DNA of 49,250 nucleotides from NCBI GenBank assembly GCA_035389045.1, contig DAOORA010000029.1, forward strand, positions 1 to 49,250, read 5' to 3'. This DNA is from Bacteroidales bacterium. Its GTDB lineage: Bacteria > Bacteroidota > Bacteroidia > Bacteroidales > CAIWKO01. Below the pieces are notes generated by a model. That model searched no databases, was not told the DNA's origin, and saw only the letters and a list, made by a program, of their open reading frames with translations. The translations under genes and the position numbers were made by a program. Positions 9,437 through 21,000 of this stretch are shown here, piece by piece (within the stretch, counting starts at the first letter, position 1; each line of letters starts with the position of its first letter).

Positions 9437-10435
9437 TTACACTGATTTTTTTGCGACCATCATGGCATTTTTGAATGTTTCAATCCGGTGTATCCCTGCA
9501 AAACCTGCATTTTTCAGCCATGCGCTGATCTCGCTTTCGGTGTAGGTGTCGCCGGATTCGGTAGATACAAGCATATTTAACGCAAACATGGCGCCATCGA
9601 AAGGAGAAGTTCTGTCTTTATCCATTATGTGATCCTGTATTATAATAGTGCCGCCCGGATTCAATGCCCGGAAGCATTTCTTCAGAAGCATCTGGTTCTG
9701 TGAAGGTGAATTGATATGTATAATAGCCGAAAGAAAAACCAGGTCGTAAGAGTTTCCTAAGGAATTTTTGTTATAATCACCGCAAATAAACCGGAATTGT
9801 TTTGTCAGTCCTTCTTTTTTCACATATTTTTTTGTAATCGGAATGATACCGGGCAAATCAAAAACGGTAGCCTTGTGTTCAGGACTACGTTTTACAAATT
9901 CCATGGCATAAGCGCCGGAACCACCGCCAATATCAAAAAAGTGACGGACATCCGTCAGGTCGAGTTTATCCAGGACAAGTTTTGATTGTAGAATTGCTCT
10001 TTCGTGCATGGCGCCAATAAATGAATCCGGCCAGTTTTCGTCGTTGCGTGAGATCACATTGTCTTTCTGGTTATTTCCGGTTTTTACCATTACGGTCATG
10101 GTTGACCAGGTGTCCCACATATTGGCTGTATGCATCAGTCCGTACAAGTATTTCGGGCTTTTTTTTGATAAATATTGTGCGGAAAAACTTGTATTAAAAA
10201 ATTTTTCGTTTCGTTTTTTCAGCAGGCCGATAGCACAAAGTGCATTCATCAAACGGTCGGTGGCACGGGCATCCGATCTGATTTTTTGGGACACCACCTC
10301 CGAACAGGTACCGTCGGGAGCAACATGCGAAAAAATGTCCAGTTCGTAAGCTGTCAGTATGGTTCGGCTGATCCTGAATCCGAAAAGGACTTCGCGCAGG
10401 CGGGCAGGATCTGAGATATCGAAAGCAGGCTTCAT
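9437..10435 (-). CDS. SAM-dependent O-methyltransferase (type 2, N-terminal dimerisation domain)
   Basis: FDIGGGSG, VFDLP, GDY, YDLVFLSAIIH and LNPGG motifs. Confidence 0.9.
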   Translation of the reverse strand: MKPAFDISDPARLREVLFGFRISRTILTAYELDIFSHVAPDGTCSEVVSQKIRSDARATDRLMNALCAIGLLKKRNEKFFNTSFSAQYLSKKSPKYLYGLMHTANMWDTWSTMTVMVKTGNNQKDNVISRNDENWPDSFIGAMHERAILQSKLVLDKLDLTDVRHFFDIGGGSGAYAMEFVKRSPEHKATVFDLPGIIPITKKYVKKEGLTKQFRFICGDYNKNSLGNSYDLVFLSAIIHINSPSQNQMLLKKCFRALNPGGTIIIQDHIMDKDRTSPFDGAMFALNMLVSTESGDTYTESEISAWLKNAGFAGIHRIETFKNAMMVAKKSV

Positions 10436-10441
10436 AATGGT

Positions 10442-11083
10442 TTAATAAAGTTTTTCTTTGGAGTTGGGAAACATAAAGTCGGGGACAGTTAAAAAACATT
10501 TACTGCCCGTAGATAGAAAATTGAATGCTGGTGACTGAAAGGGGATTTCAAGATAGTTCATGAAAACCGTTTTTTCCAGTATTTCATAAGCAGCGATCTT
10601 TTGCAGCCAGAGGCGGCAAGTAGCGATAATAAGTGCACGATCGTTTAAAACCGAAAAGGTGTGTGCAGTTATCAGCGCCTGTTGCGGGGTGACGAGATTT
10701 ATCAGCGCCGGAATCGAATTATAAGTTTCGAGAATATGCCAGGTGTTACGGATCTTTTTGCTTTTAAAAGGTTTTTCATTTTCTTTCATAAAGATCAGAA
10801 GTGAAGTTTGTTCCGAGATATATTTATTCAGGCTGTCCTCATCAATGTTTTTTATGGTAAAGTTCACGGGGCTTACAGAAGACCCCTTTAATATTTCCAC
10901 GGTCTCGAAGGTGCAGGTAAAGAGATTTGTACCGTCCGTTGCCTTTTGATGACTTATGAGCCTGCCCTTAGCAATCAGCCCTGCGTCAGCACACAACCAT
11001 TCAACACTGTTGCCGATATTTATTTCGGAATGTGCAATAAGGAAAAACAACAGGAACAACAATAAAAATCCGTTTTTTTTCAT
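10442..11083 (-). CDS. Hypothetical exported protein
   Basis: 213-aa ORF with an N-terminal hydrophobic signal; ends 6 nt before the methyltransferase start. Confidence 0.7.
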   Translation of the reverse strand: MKKNGFLLLFLLFFLIAHSEINIGNSVEWLCADAGLIAKGRLISHQKATDGTNLFTCTFETVEILKGSSVSPVNFTIKNIDEDSLNKYISEQTSLLIFMKENEKPFKSKKIRNTWHILETYNSIPALINLVTPQQALITAHTFSVLNDRALIIATCRLWLQKIAAYEILEKTVFMNYLEIPFQSPAFNFLSTGSKCFLTVPDFMFPNSKEKLY

Positions 11084-11350
11084 TTGAAGAATAAATCATT
11101 GGGTAAAAGTATAAAATAAATAGCAGTTTATATCTGATGCTTCTTAATAAGGTGTAAAGTGTATATTCTAAGAAAAAAAAACTGACAAAATAGGTAAGCC
11201 ACCAGGAAGAAGAGTACAAAATACAGATAATTAGGACTTTATAAATGTTTTCTCCGTTGAAATCTTTATTGATATAAAGACCTGACAAAATCGCATCCGG
11301 TGTGTATTGCTAATTAATTTATTTTTGTAATGTTTCTAAAAAAAATACTG

Positions 11351-12391
11351 ATGATGAATTTCATTAAGTTTCTTCTACTTTTGCTTTGTCTGGTGGTATT
11401 GTTTTCCTGTAATAACGGCGAAGAGAAGAAAAAGAAGGATTCGGCTCCGGTATCCGTAGATATCATCATTGCCAGAGAAGATAGTTTTCCACAGGTGGTA
11501 GAAGTGAATGGCTCTGTGCTTTCTGAAGATATGGTGGAACTTCGCCCGGAGATCAGCGGCCGGTTGACGTATCTTAACATCCCCGATGGCGGCAGTGTGG
11601 TAAAGGGAACGATGCTCGCAAAAATAAATGATGCCGAGCTTCAGGCACAACTGAAACAGGTTCAGGTTCAGTTAGATCTTGCAAAGAAGACCGAACAACG
11701 CCTGAAAAAACTTTTGGCCATCAATGGTGTAAACCAGGCAGACTATGATGAAGCCCAGAACAAGGTGAATCTTTACCAGGCCAATATCGATGTCCTGAAC
11801 ACACAAATAGAAAAAACGGTTATAAAAGCGCCGTTCAGCGGAAAATTGGGATTACGCCAGGTGAGCCAGGGCGCTTACGTTACTCCTCAGACACTTATCG
11901 GAACCCTGGTTGAGACAGATAAAATAAAAATTGATTTTTCAATTCCCGAGGAATATGAAAAGATGATCGGTATCGGAAAAAATATTTTTGTTAAAACGAA
12001 CAATTCAGATGTGAACTTGACAGCTGTTATCAGCGCTATTGAACCTCAGATAAACCCGGCAACCCGAAATCTTAAAGTAAGGGCAAGGCTTCGGGAAGGA
12101 ACGCTTATACCCGGCGCTTTTGTTAAAGTATACCTGAACGAACAGTCAAAAGGAATTGTTGTTCCTACCAGCATCATCATCCCTGATGCATATTCCAATC
12201 AGGTGGTGACCATAAAAAACGGAAAAGCAAAGTTTGTCAGTGTTGAAGTTGGAACCAGAACGGCGGATTTTGCTGAGATAACCAGCGGTCTTAAACCGGG
12301 TGACAGTATAGTGGTAAGCGGCGTCCTGTTTGTAAGGCCTAATGCAAAGGTTAAAATAAAAGGGGTAAACAAAAGCGTTGCCAAAAAATAG
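11351..12391 (+). CDS. RND efflux periplasmic adaptor (membrane fusion protein), lipoprotein
   Basis: LFSC lipobox, VELRPEISG, IKAPFSG and PGAFVKV motifs; TATTTTTG at 11320-11327 supports a start at 11351 or 11354. Confidence 0.92.
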   Translation: MMNFIKFLLLLLCLVVLFSCNNGEEKKKKDSAPVSVDIIIAREDSFPQVVEVNGSVLSEDMVELRPEISGRLTYLNIPDGGSVVKGTMLAKINDAELQAQLKQVQVQLDLAKKTEQRLKKLLAINGVNQADYDEAQNKVNLYQANIDVLNTQIEKTVIKAPFSGKLGLRQVSQGAYVTPQTLIGTLVETDKIKIDFSIPEEYEKMIGIGKNIFVKTNNSDVNLTAVISAIEPQINPATRNLKVRARLREGTLIPGAFVKVYLNEQSKGIVVPTSIIIPDAYSNQVVTIKNGKAKFVSVEVGTRTADFAEITSGLKPGDSIVVSGVLFVRPNAKVKIKGVNKSVAKK

Positions 12392-12434
12392 GAATTTTTA
12401 AAATACCTGTTTCCAAAAAAAGCTAAAGACAATA

Positions 12435-15400
12435 ATGAATATTTCTGAACTTTCGATAAACAAGCCCATTCTCGCAACGGTAATGAATATTTTCATTATT
12501 CTGCTGGGTGTTATCGGATTTACTTTTCTTGGTGTGCGCGAATTTCCGGCCATTGACCCGCCTATAGTTTCTGTTTCTACATCATACGCCGGCGCCAATG
12601 CGGACATCATTGAAAGTCAGATCACCGAACCGCTTGAAAAAGAAATCAACGGTATTCCCGACATCAGAACAATCACGTCGTCGAGCTCCGTAGGCAACAG
12701 CAGGATCACCGTGGAGTTCAACATTGATGCTGACCTTGAAGCTGCAGCCAACGATGTTCGTGATAAGGTCAGCAGGGCCATGCGGAATCTTCCTAAGGAT
12801 ATTGATGCTGCTCCGGTTGTTTCTAAAGCAGATGCCAGCAGCGAATGGATAATTATGATGGCTATTCAGAGCCCCAGCAAAAGCCTGCTGGAATTGAGCG
12901 ATTATGCTGAGAATGTTCTTCAGAATAAGTTTCAGACCATCCCCGAAGTGAGCGCCGTGAATATTTTTGGCCAGAAACGCCCGGCGATGCGCTTATGGAT
13001 TGATCCCGGCAAAATGAATGCCTACAATATTACATTTAACGATATTTCCGGCATATTGAACAAAGAAAATGTTGAAATTCCTTCCGGGAAACTCTATGGT
13101 AATAAAACGGAGTTTACAATCAGTGCTATGGGAAAACTTACCTCGGAAGAAGATTTTAAAGACCTGATTATCCGCGAAACACAGGATGGCATTGTGAGGC
13201 TGAGCGATGTGGCACAAGTGGAAATAGGCCCGGAAAGATACGAGCAAAGCTGGAAACTGAACGGTGTGAACGGCGTAGGGCTCGCTATCGTCCCACAACC
13301 CGGGGCAAATTATATTAACATCTCTGATGAATTCAACAAACGCCTCGAAGAAATTAAAAAATCACAAAAAAGCGACATTGTATTTACGACATTATTAGAT
13401 AAAACTACCAATGTCAGACGATCATTGACCGAAGTCAGTGAAACCCTGGCCATATCCTTCGGATTGGTCATCCTGGTCATACTTTTCTTTTTCAGAAACT
13501 GGCTTATCGCCCTGCGGCCGCTGATAGATATTCCCATTTCGCTCAGCTCCACTTTTTTCATTATGTATATGGCCGGGTTTTCTATCAATATCCTTACACT
13601 GCTGGCCATTATTCTGGCAACCGGGCTGGTGGTGGATGACGGGATAGTTGTTACGGAAAATATTTTCCGAAGAATCGAAAAAGGGATACCTGTCAGAAAA
13701 GCCGCTATTGATGGCAGCAAAGAGATCTTTTTTGTGATCATTGCCACTTCGCTGACACTGGCAATCGTCTTTATCCCGGTATTATTCCTTCAGGGATTTG
13801 TTGGCAGTTTATTCCGCGAATTCGGAATTGTTCTGGCGTCTGCGGTTTTAGTTTCCGCATTTGTTTCGCTGACTATAACACCGGTTTTAAATATATACCT
13901 GAGTAAAAAAAATGCTCAGCAAACCAGGTTTTACACCAGTACAGAGCCTTTTTTCAAAGGAATGGAAAATGGTTATAAAAATCTGATTGAACGTTTTATA
14001 AAACACCGCGGTTTTGCCTGGGGAATAATTGCCGCATGTGTTTTATTGATATTTTTTATAGGAATAAATATTCAGAGCGAGGTGGCTCCCTTAGAAGATA
14101 AAAGCAATATCAATTTATCCTTAACGGGGCCCGAGGGCGCCAGTTATGCTTATATGATGGAGGTTGGAGATAAGATCAGTAGTTTTATTATGGATTCCTT
14201 ACCGGAAAATAGTTTCACGACCCTTACTATACCCGGATATGGAAGTACCGGAATAAACAGCGGCAGGGGAATGATCGGCCTGGTTCCGGTTTCTGTGCGT
14301 GACAAGTCTCAATCAGAAATCGCAATAGAGTTATCCAAAAAGTTTTCTCGGTTCAGGGATGTTAGGATCTTTCCAATAGAAGAACAGACCATTTCAGTAG
14401 GCATGGGCTCACGGGGATCCCTGCCTGTGCAGTTTGTACTGCAGAATCTTGATTTTGAAAAATTGAAAAGTGTCATCCCTCAGTTTTTGGATGAAGCACG
14501 GGCAGATAAGACATTCCAAAATGTGGATGTTAATTTAAAATTCAACAAACCTGAAGTAGATATTAACATCGACAGGATCAAAGCGCGGGAACTCGGCCTT
14601 ACCGTTACGGATATTGCAGAAGTCCTGCAAAGTGCTTTCAGCGGCCGCCGTTTAGCTTATTTCACCATGAACGGAAGGCAGTACCAGGTCATCAGCCAGG
14701 TAGCCCTGAAAGACCGGCAGGAATCAGCCGATATTTCCAAATTATATGTCCGCAGTAGCAAAGGAGACTTGATACCGCTGACATCTGTGATCAACATTGT
14801 TAACAATGCCAACCCGCCGACTATTTATCATTACAACCGCTATAAATCTGCAACTATTTCTGCCTCTCTTGCAGAAGGGAAAACAATAGGCGACGGGGTG
14901 GAAGTGATGCAATCCATAGCAGATAAATTGCTTGATGAGAGTTTTCAGACCTCGCTCAGCGGGCCTTCGCGCGATTATGCCGAAAGTTCTTCCAATACTG
15001 CTTTTGCATTCATTTTAGCGCTCGTACTCATATATCTTGTACTGGCCGCCCAGTTTGAAAGTTTTAAAGACCCCCTCACCATTATGATTACCGTTCCCCT
15101 GGCTATGGCTGGTGCATTTCTTTTTTTATGGATCTTCGGTCAGACACTGAACATTTTTTCTGAAATCGGGATGATAATGTTGATTGGACTTGTCACCAAA
15201 AACGGTATTCTTATCGTTGAATTTGCCAATAAAAAAAGAGTGGCGGGAATACCTAAATATCAGGCTATTGTTGACGCATCGGTTCAGCGGTTAAGGCCTA
15301 TTCTGATGACCAGCCTGGCTACTTCGCTGGGCGCCCTGCCAATTGCTATCGGCTTCGGAGCCGCATCTACCAGCAGAATCCCGCTCGGAATTGTGATCGT

Positions 15401-15515
15401 GTGCGGCATTTTATTCTCACTCGTTCTTACACTTTTTGTTATTCCGGCGGTGTATACGTTCATTTCGGGCAAACACGAAAAAGAAAAAGAAAATATTGAT
15501 GACATTGTCACCTAA
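12435..15515 (+). CDS. RND efflux transporter permease (AcrB/MdtB-like)
   Basis: 1026 aa; GLVVDDGIVVTEN, GLVTKNGILIVEFA and RLRPILMT motifs. Confidence 0.95.
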   Translation: MNISELSINKPILATVMNIFIILLGVIGFTFLGVREFPAIDPPIVSVSTSYAGANADIIESQITEPLEKEINGIPDIRTITSSSSVGNSRITVEFNIDADLEAAANDVRDKVSRAMRNLPKDIDAAPVVSKADASSEWIIMMAIQSPSKSLLELSDYAENVLQNKFQTIPEVSAVNIFGQKRPAMRLWIDPGKMNAYNITFNDISGILNKENVEIPSGKLYGNKTEFTISAMGKLTSEEDFKDLIIRETQDGIVRLSDVAQVEIGPERYEQSWKLNGVNGVGLAIVPQPGANYINISDEFNKRLEEIKKSQKSDIVFTTLLDKTTNVRRSLTEVSETLAISFGLVILVILFFFRNWLIALRPLIDIPISLSSTFFIMYMAGFSINILTLLAIILATGLVVDDGIVVTENIFRRIEKGIPVRKAAIDGSKEIFFVIIATSLTLAIVFIPVLFLQGFVGSLFREFGIVLASAVLVSAFVSLTITPVLNIYLSKKNAQQTRFYTSTEPFFKGMENGYKNLIERFIKHRGFAWGIIAACVLLIFFIGINIQSEVAPLEDKSNINLSLTGPEGASYAYMMEVGDKISSFIMDSLPENSFTTLTIPGYGSTGINSGRGMIGLVPVSVRDKSQSEIAIELSKKFSRFRDVRIFPIEEQTISVGMGSRGSLPVQFVLQNLDFEKLKSVIPQFLDEARADKTFQNVDVNLKFNKPEVDINIDRIKARELGLTVTDIAEVLQSAFSGRRLAYFTMNGRQYQVISQVALKDRQESADISKLYVRSSKGDLIPLTSVINIVNNANPPTIYHYNRYKSATISASLAEGKTIGDGVEVMQSIADKLLDESFQTSLSGPSRDYAESSSNTAFAFILALVLIYLVLAAQFESFKDPLTIMITVPLAMAGAFLFLWIFGQTLNIFSEIGMIMLIGLVTKNGILIVEFANKKRVAGIPKYQAIVDASVQRLRPILMTSLATSLGALPIAIGFGAASTSRIPLGIVIVCGILFSLVLTLFVIPAVYTFISGKHEKEKENIDDIVT

Positions 15516-15518
15516 CCA

Positions 15519-16826
15519 ATGCTATTACCGATGAAAAAATTCGTCATAATATTCTCTTTTTTACTGCCGGTTACAGGGTATACCCAGCACACGCTATCCC
15601 TTGAAATGGCCATCGATTCGGCATTGAAAAACAATTTCGGTATTCTGATCGCAAGGAACAATGCTGAGATAAACAAGATCAATAACAATTACGGAATGGC
15701 AGGAGGACTGCCTGTCATCAATGCCGGGATTTCTGATAATGCCACACTGTACAACATTCATCAGGAAAACAACGACGGAACCGTCGTAAACCAGAAGAAT
15801 TCGTTCAGTAATAATCTGAGCGCCGATGTTTCTGCAAGCATCACCTTATTTAACGGGCTCAGAGTATGGTCTGCAAAAAAACGGCTGACTTATCTTCAGG
15901 AGCAGGGATTCCTGGAATTGAACATGGAGATTCAAAACACCATCGCTGCAGTCATGATCAAATATTATGATATCATCAGGCAGGAAAGTTACCTGAAAAT
16001 CATACGCAGTACTATTGATATTTCTGAAAAAAAATCAGAAATAATAAAAGAGCGGAAAAATGTCGGACTGGCCAATGATGCAGATGTTATGCAGGCAGAG
16101 ATCGATTTGAACCTGTCCATGCAAAGCCTTAGTTCCCAGCAACTTATTATAAAGAATCTGAAGACAGAACTGTTGCAACTGATGAGTATCGGTCAATATA
16201 GTCCATATATAATTCAGGATAGTATAATTGATGTTGATACCGGGATTAAAATAGATTCAGTACTTGTTTTTATTAAAGACAATTATCAGTATCTGTCTGC
16301 CGACCAGCAAATAAAGATTAGCGAACAGCTGGCTAAAGAAGAAAGAGCAGCGCGTTTTCCGTCACTCCGGCTGAACACCTCCTATGATTTTAGTTATAAT
16401 CAGCACAACAGCGGGAATATGCTTTTAAATCAAAATTTCGGGCCATATGCAGGGCTGGCCCTGCAGATTCCTATATTTAACGGTGGAATATACAGGATCA
16501 GGCAAAAAACAGCTCAGCTAACCGTAAGCAATGCCCGGCTGCAGAAAGAAAGTCTGCTGAATGATCTGAGCAGTGCTGCCATAAAAACCTTTCAAACGTA
16601 TGAAAACGCTGTAAAACAGGCTATATCGCAGCAGGCCTCTTTTACCCTCTCTGAAAAACTTGTAGACCTTGTCCTTCAAAAATTCCAGCTGAACCATTCC
16701 ACCATTCTCGACCTGAAAGCAGCCCAGCAGAGTTTCGAAAATTCGGCGTATTTACTGGTAAACCTGCAGTACCAGGCCAAAATTGCCGAAATAGAACTCA
16801 AACGGCTCACCTGTTCACTGAGGTAA
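15519..16826 (+). CDS. TolC family outer membrane efflux protein
   Basis: LSLEMAIDSALKNN, ASITLFNG, FPSL and LQIPIFNG motifs; third gene of the RND operon (alternative start 15531). Confidence 0.92.
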   Translation: MLLPMKKFVIIFSFLLPVTGYTQHTLSLEMAIDSALKNNFGILIARNNAEINKINNNYGMAGGLPVINAGISDNATLYNIHQENNDGTVVNQKNSFSNNLSADVSASITLFNGLRVWSAKKRLTYLQEQGFLELNMEIQNTIAAVMIKYYDIIRQESYLKIIRSTIDISEKKSEIIKERKNVGLANDADVMQAEIDLNLSMQSLSSQQLIIKNLKTELLQLMSIGQYSPYIIQDSIIDVDTGIKIDSVLVFIKDNYQYLSADQQIKISEQLAKEERAARFPSLRLNTSYDFSYNQHNSGNMLLNQNFGPYAGLALQIPIFNGGIYRIRQKTAQLTVSNARLQKESLLNDLSSAAIKTFQTYENAVKQAISQQASFTLSEKLVDLVLQKFQLNHSTILDLKAAQQSFENSAYLLVNLQYQAKIAEIELKRLTCSLR

Positions 16827-16955
16827 GCATTTTTTATTTTCTTATATACAGGTTAATCCTTTTTTTGTACTTTTATAGTGCAAATTATCAGGCCATAATA
16901 ATTAACTATTTATTTTTTCGTTACTAATAAACAACTAAAAAAAACCTAATAGAGG

Positions 16956-18047
16956 ATGATGCGTAAAATCTTTGCTATTCATGTGATATTTTTTGTTTTT
17001 TTGAGCATGACCTATGCCCAGGCGCCCAAATACAGCAACGAATTTTTATCTATTGGCGTTGGCGCCCGCGCATTGGGCATGTCCAATGCGAATACCTCAT
17101 TTGTAAATGATGTTTCATCAGGGTACTGGAATCCTGCAGGACTGGCAAGGGTTCCTTCAAAATTTCAGGCAGGACTGATGCATTCAGAATATTTTGCAGG
17201 TATTGCCAAATACGATTACGGCGCACTTGCCGTACAGATCGATGATAAAAGCACCGCGGCACTGACTTTTATCCGCTTTGGGGTGGATGATATTCCTAAC
17301 ACTACCGAACTCATTGATGCCCAGGGCAACATTGATTACGACCGCATAACAACTTTTTCGGCTGCCGATTATGCCGTACTGCTATCCTATGCCAGGAAAT
17401 CTAAAATTGAAGGATTACGTTATGGCGGCAATGCCAAGATCATCTACCGCAAGGTGGGTTCTTTTGCCCATTCCTGGGGTTTCGGACTGGATTTAGGCGT
17501 CCAGTATGATCTGAAAAAATGGCATTTCGGAGCTATGGCCCGCGATATAACCTCCACATTCAATGCGTGGAAATATAATCTCGACGACAAAACCAAAGAG
17601 GTTTTTACCCGTACAGGCAATGAAATACCCGAAAATTCCCTCGAACTTACCCTGCCCCGCTTAAACCTGGGGGCAGCCCGGCGTTTTGATTTCCCGAAAA
17701 AATTCTCTGCCCTGGTCGCTATCGATCTCGATATGACCTTCGACGGCAAACGAAACGTTCTGATAAGAAGTAATCCCATATCTGTTGATCCTCATGCCGG
17801 GCTTGAATTTGGTTATAACGAAATTGTCTTTCTGAGGGGCGGTTTTGGAAACATACAGAAAGAAACGGGCATGGATGGTAAAAAAAAGATTACTTTTCAG
17901 CCTAATATCGGAGTAGGGATTGTGATCAAAAAGATGGTCGCTGTTGATTATGCTTTTACTGATGTCGGCAATGCTTCAATTGCACTGTATTCTCATGTTT
18001 TTTCCGTGAAAGTGAACATTAACCGTAAGAAAACTGCTGCAGAATAA
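16956..18047 (+). CDS. PorV/PorQ family outer-membrane beta-barrel (PorV2-like)
   Basis: FLSIGVGARALGM and YWNPAGL FadL/PorV-type N-terminus; directly upstream of the C25 peptidase gene. Confidence 0.85.
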   Translation: MMRKIFAIHVIFFVFLSMTYAQAPKYSNEFLSIGVGARALGMSNANTSFVNDVSSGYWNPAGLARVPSKFQAGLMHSEYFAGIAKYDYGALAVQIDDKSTAALTFIRFGVDDIPNTTELIDAQGNIDYDRITTFSAADYAVLLSYARKSKIEGLRYGGNAKIIYRKVGSFAHSWGFGLDLGVQYDLKKWHFGAMARDITSTFNAWKYNLDDKTKEVFTRTGNEIPENSLELTLPRLNLGAARRFDFPKKFSALVAIDLDMTFDGKRNVLIRSNPISVDPHAGLEFGYNEIVFLRGGFGNIQKETGMDGKKKITFQPNIGVGIVIKKMVAVDYAFTDVGNASIALYSHVFSVKVNINRKKTAAE

Positions 18048-18084
18048 AACGATAATATTTAAAATAAAGGAATAACTTTTTCTG

Positions 18085-21000
18085 ATGCCTATGAAAAAAA
18101 TCTTACCTGTAATTTTTATATATGTCTTCCTGTTACTCCGGCCTGTCTTTGCACAACAGTATGGAAATGAATGGATTAATTATTCACAGTCGTATTATAA
18201 AGTTTATGTTCATGAAACCGGCGTTTACCGTATAAATTATAATACCCTGCTGAATAACGGATTCCCTGTGGGAAGTGTTAATCCCAGGAATGTTCAGGTT
18301 TTTAATAAAGGCGTCGAACAGTATGTTTACATACATGGTGAAAACGACAATATTTTTAATGCCGGAGATTATATTGAGTTTTATGCTGAAAAAAATGACG
18401 GCGAACTTGATACCCCGCTTTATATTAATCCTGAAGGCCAGGCAAACCCGGCATACAGCCTTTTCAGCGACTCATCCGTTTATTTTATTACCTGGAATTC
18501 TTCGTTCAGCAACCGCAGGATGCAGGTGGACAACGATGTGAATTTCAGCGCATATACGCCGGTTCCATATATTTTAAGAACTTCACGGCAGGACTATACA
18601 ACCAAATATTTTGCCGGAGAAACCAATGCTGCCGGAATCACCGATCCTGAGTATACAGCCAATGAAGGATGGTTTGATACTGAATTTAATCTCGGGCAGA
18701 CCAAAACCAAAAACATCCTTACGGCTAATAAATACCTGAACGGGCCAGATGCCACGGTTGAGTTTTGTGTGCTTGGACAATCCAATTTTTATGCCGCCTC
18801 ACCGGACCATCACCTGCGTGTTAATTTTGCCGGCATCAGTTTCGATACCATTTTTGAAGGGTATAAAGTGTTGAAGTTTACATATTCGGTACCGGTTTCA
18901 GAAATCGGCAGCAATACAACTCCGTTTGTTTTCAACACGATAAATGATCTCGGTGTAAATTCCGACAGAAATACCGTGGCCTATATTCAGGTTAAATATC
19001 CGCACACGCTCAACCTGGAGGGAAATACAACGTTTGCCTTTTCTGCCAACGACGGAATTCAGTCCAAATCCCTGTTTAATTTCACCAATTTCAATGTTTC
19101 TGCCGGCGACACGGCAAGGTTATATGATGTTACCAACCACCGGCGTATCAGGGTGGTCTACGACGGAACCTCATTTAAGTGCCTGCTTGAAAACTCAGGC
19201 AGCGAAAAATACTGCTATCTTACTTCCGGCAATTCTGTTAAAAATATTAACCGGATATACCCCGTCGCTGATAATGCGAAATTCATCAACTACCTTACTA
19301 TTGCAAATACAGAATTTACAGACTATCTGATCATCACTCACCCGTTATTGTGGGATGAAGCTGAAAACTACAAAAACTACAGAAATACTACCGGATACCA
19401 GGCTATGACGGTTAATGTGGAACATCTTTACGACCAGTTTGGTTATGGTGTGCTGAAATCGCCTGTCGGTATCAGAAATTTTGTCCGCTATGCCTGTAAT
19501 TATTTCACCATAAAACCCAAAGATCTTTTTCTTATCGGTAAAGCGTACCGTGCTGCTTCCGACGGCTCACTCCCGCAGTACCGCACGGACGTCAATCATA
19601 ACAATCTTACCCTGGTACCCTCTTTGGGTTACCCGCCCTCAGATATTCTTTTTTCAAAGGGCATCAGTGATAGCCTTTATGCACCCGCCATTGGAACCGG
19701 AAGGCTTAGCGCACGCACACCATACGATGTGTCGCTCTATCTCAACAAAATCATTCAGTTTGAACAGGCACAGGCACATCCGCAGCCATGGATGAAAAAC
19801 ATCCTTCACTTTGGCGGCGGATCTTCAGTGCAGGAGCAGTTTCAACTTGCCACGTATCTGAATCATTACGAACAAACCATTGAGGCGCCCTTTTTCGGAG
19901 GGGAGGTAAAAACCTTCCTGAAAACAACCTCGGATCCTATGCAGATCAACCAGTCCGACTCCCTGAAAAATATAATCAACAACGGTGTAACCATAATGAC
20001 ATTTTTCGGACATGCCGCCTCTGTGGGTTTTGATGTTTCAGTAGATGTGCCGTCAGAATATCAGAATTATGGAAAATATCCATTTATTCTTGCCAACTCA
20101 TGCTGGGCCGGCGATATATTTCTTGACGCTAACAGCTCCAGTGAGGAGTTCATCCTCATTGAAAATAAAGGTGCTATCGGATACCTGGCATCCATATCCC
20201 TAGGTATGCCCTGGGCACTGGATGTCTACTCAGACGAATTGTATCACCAGATAAGCTATAAAAGTTATGGCAAACCAATAGGAGATATCATAAAAAAAAC
20301 CATCGATTCACTCCAGACACCCGACCTGATAAAGAAAGAAACCTTCCTGACCATGGTTTTTCACGGCGATCCTGCCATTATTCTGAACTCTTTTGCAAAA
20401 CCCGATTATGAAATAACCCCGCAATATGTTTATTTTTCACCGAATGAAATAACATCAGATATCGATTCATTTAATATTCATATTGTTGCGACCAACATTG
20501 CCAAAGCTATTGATGACTCGATCATAGTGCAGACCACCCGGACTTTTCCCAACGGGGTCAGCAACACCATTTATTATAACAAGATAAAAGCACCCCTGTT
20601 CAAGGATACGGTGACCATCAGATTCCCGGTTGATATTGTTAACGGACTCGGGGTGAATAAGTTCAGAATATTTCTCGACTGCTACCAGGAAATTGATGAG
20701 ATTTCAGAAACCAATAATATTACTGAAGTGCAGCTGATGATAAAATCTTCGGATATCATTCCTGTTTATCCCTATAAGTATGCCGTAATCCCTGCCCTTC
20801 CCGTGACCTTAAAAGCATCCACCTGTGACGCATTTACAAACGCCTACGATTATGAATTTCAGCTTGACACCTCTGATGCGTTCAGCAGCCCGGTGAAACA
20901 GACCTTCCATATAAATCACTCCGGAGGTGTGGTTACCTGGACGCCTTCCTTCCCCATTTCCACCGACAGTATTGTATATTTCTGGCGGGTAAGTATCGAT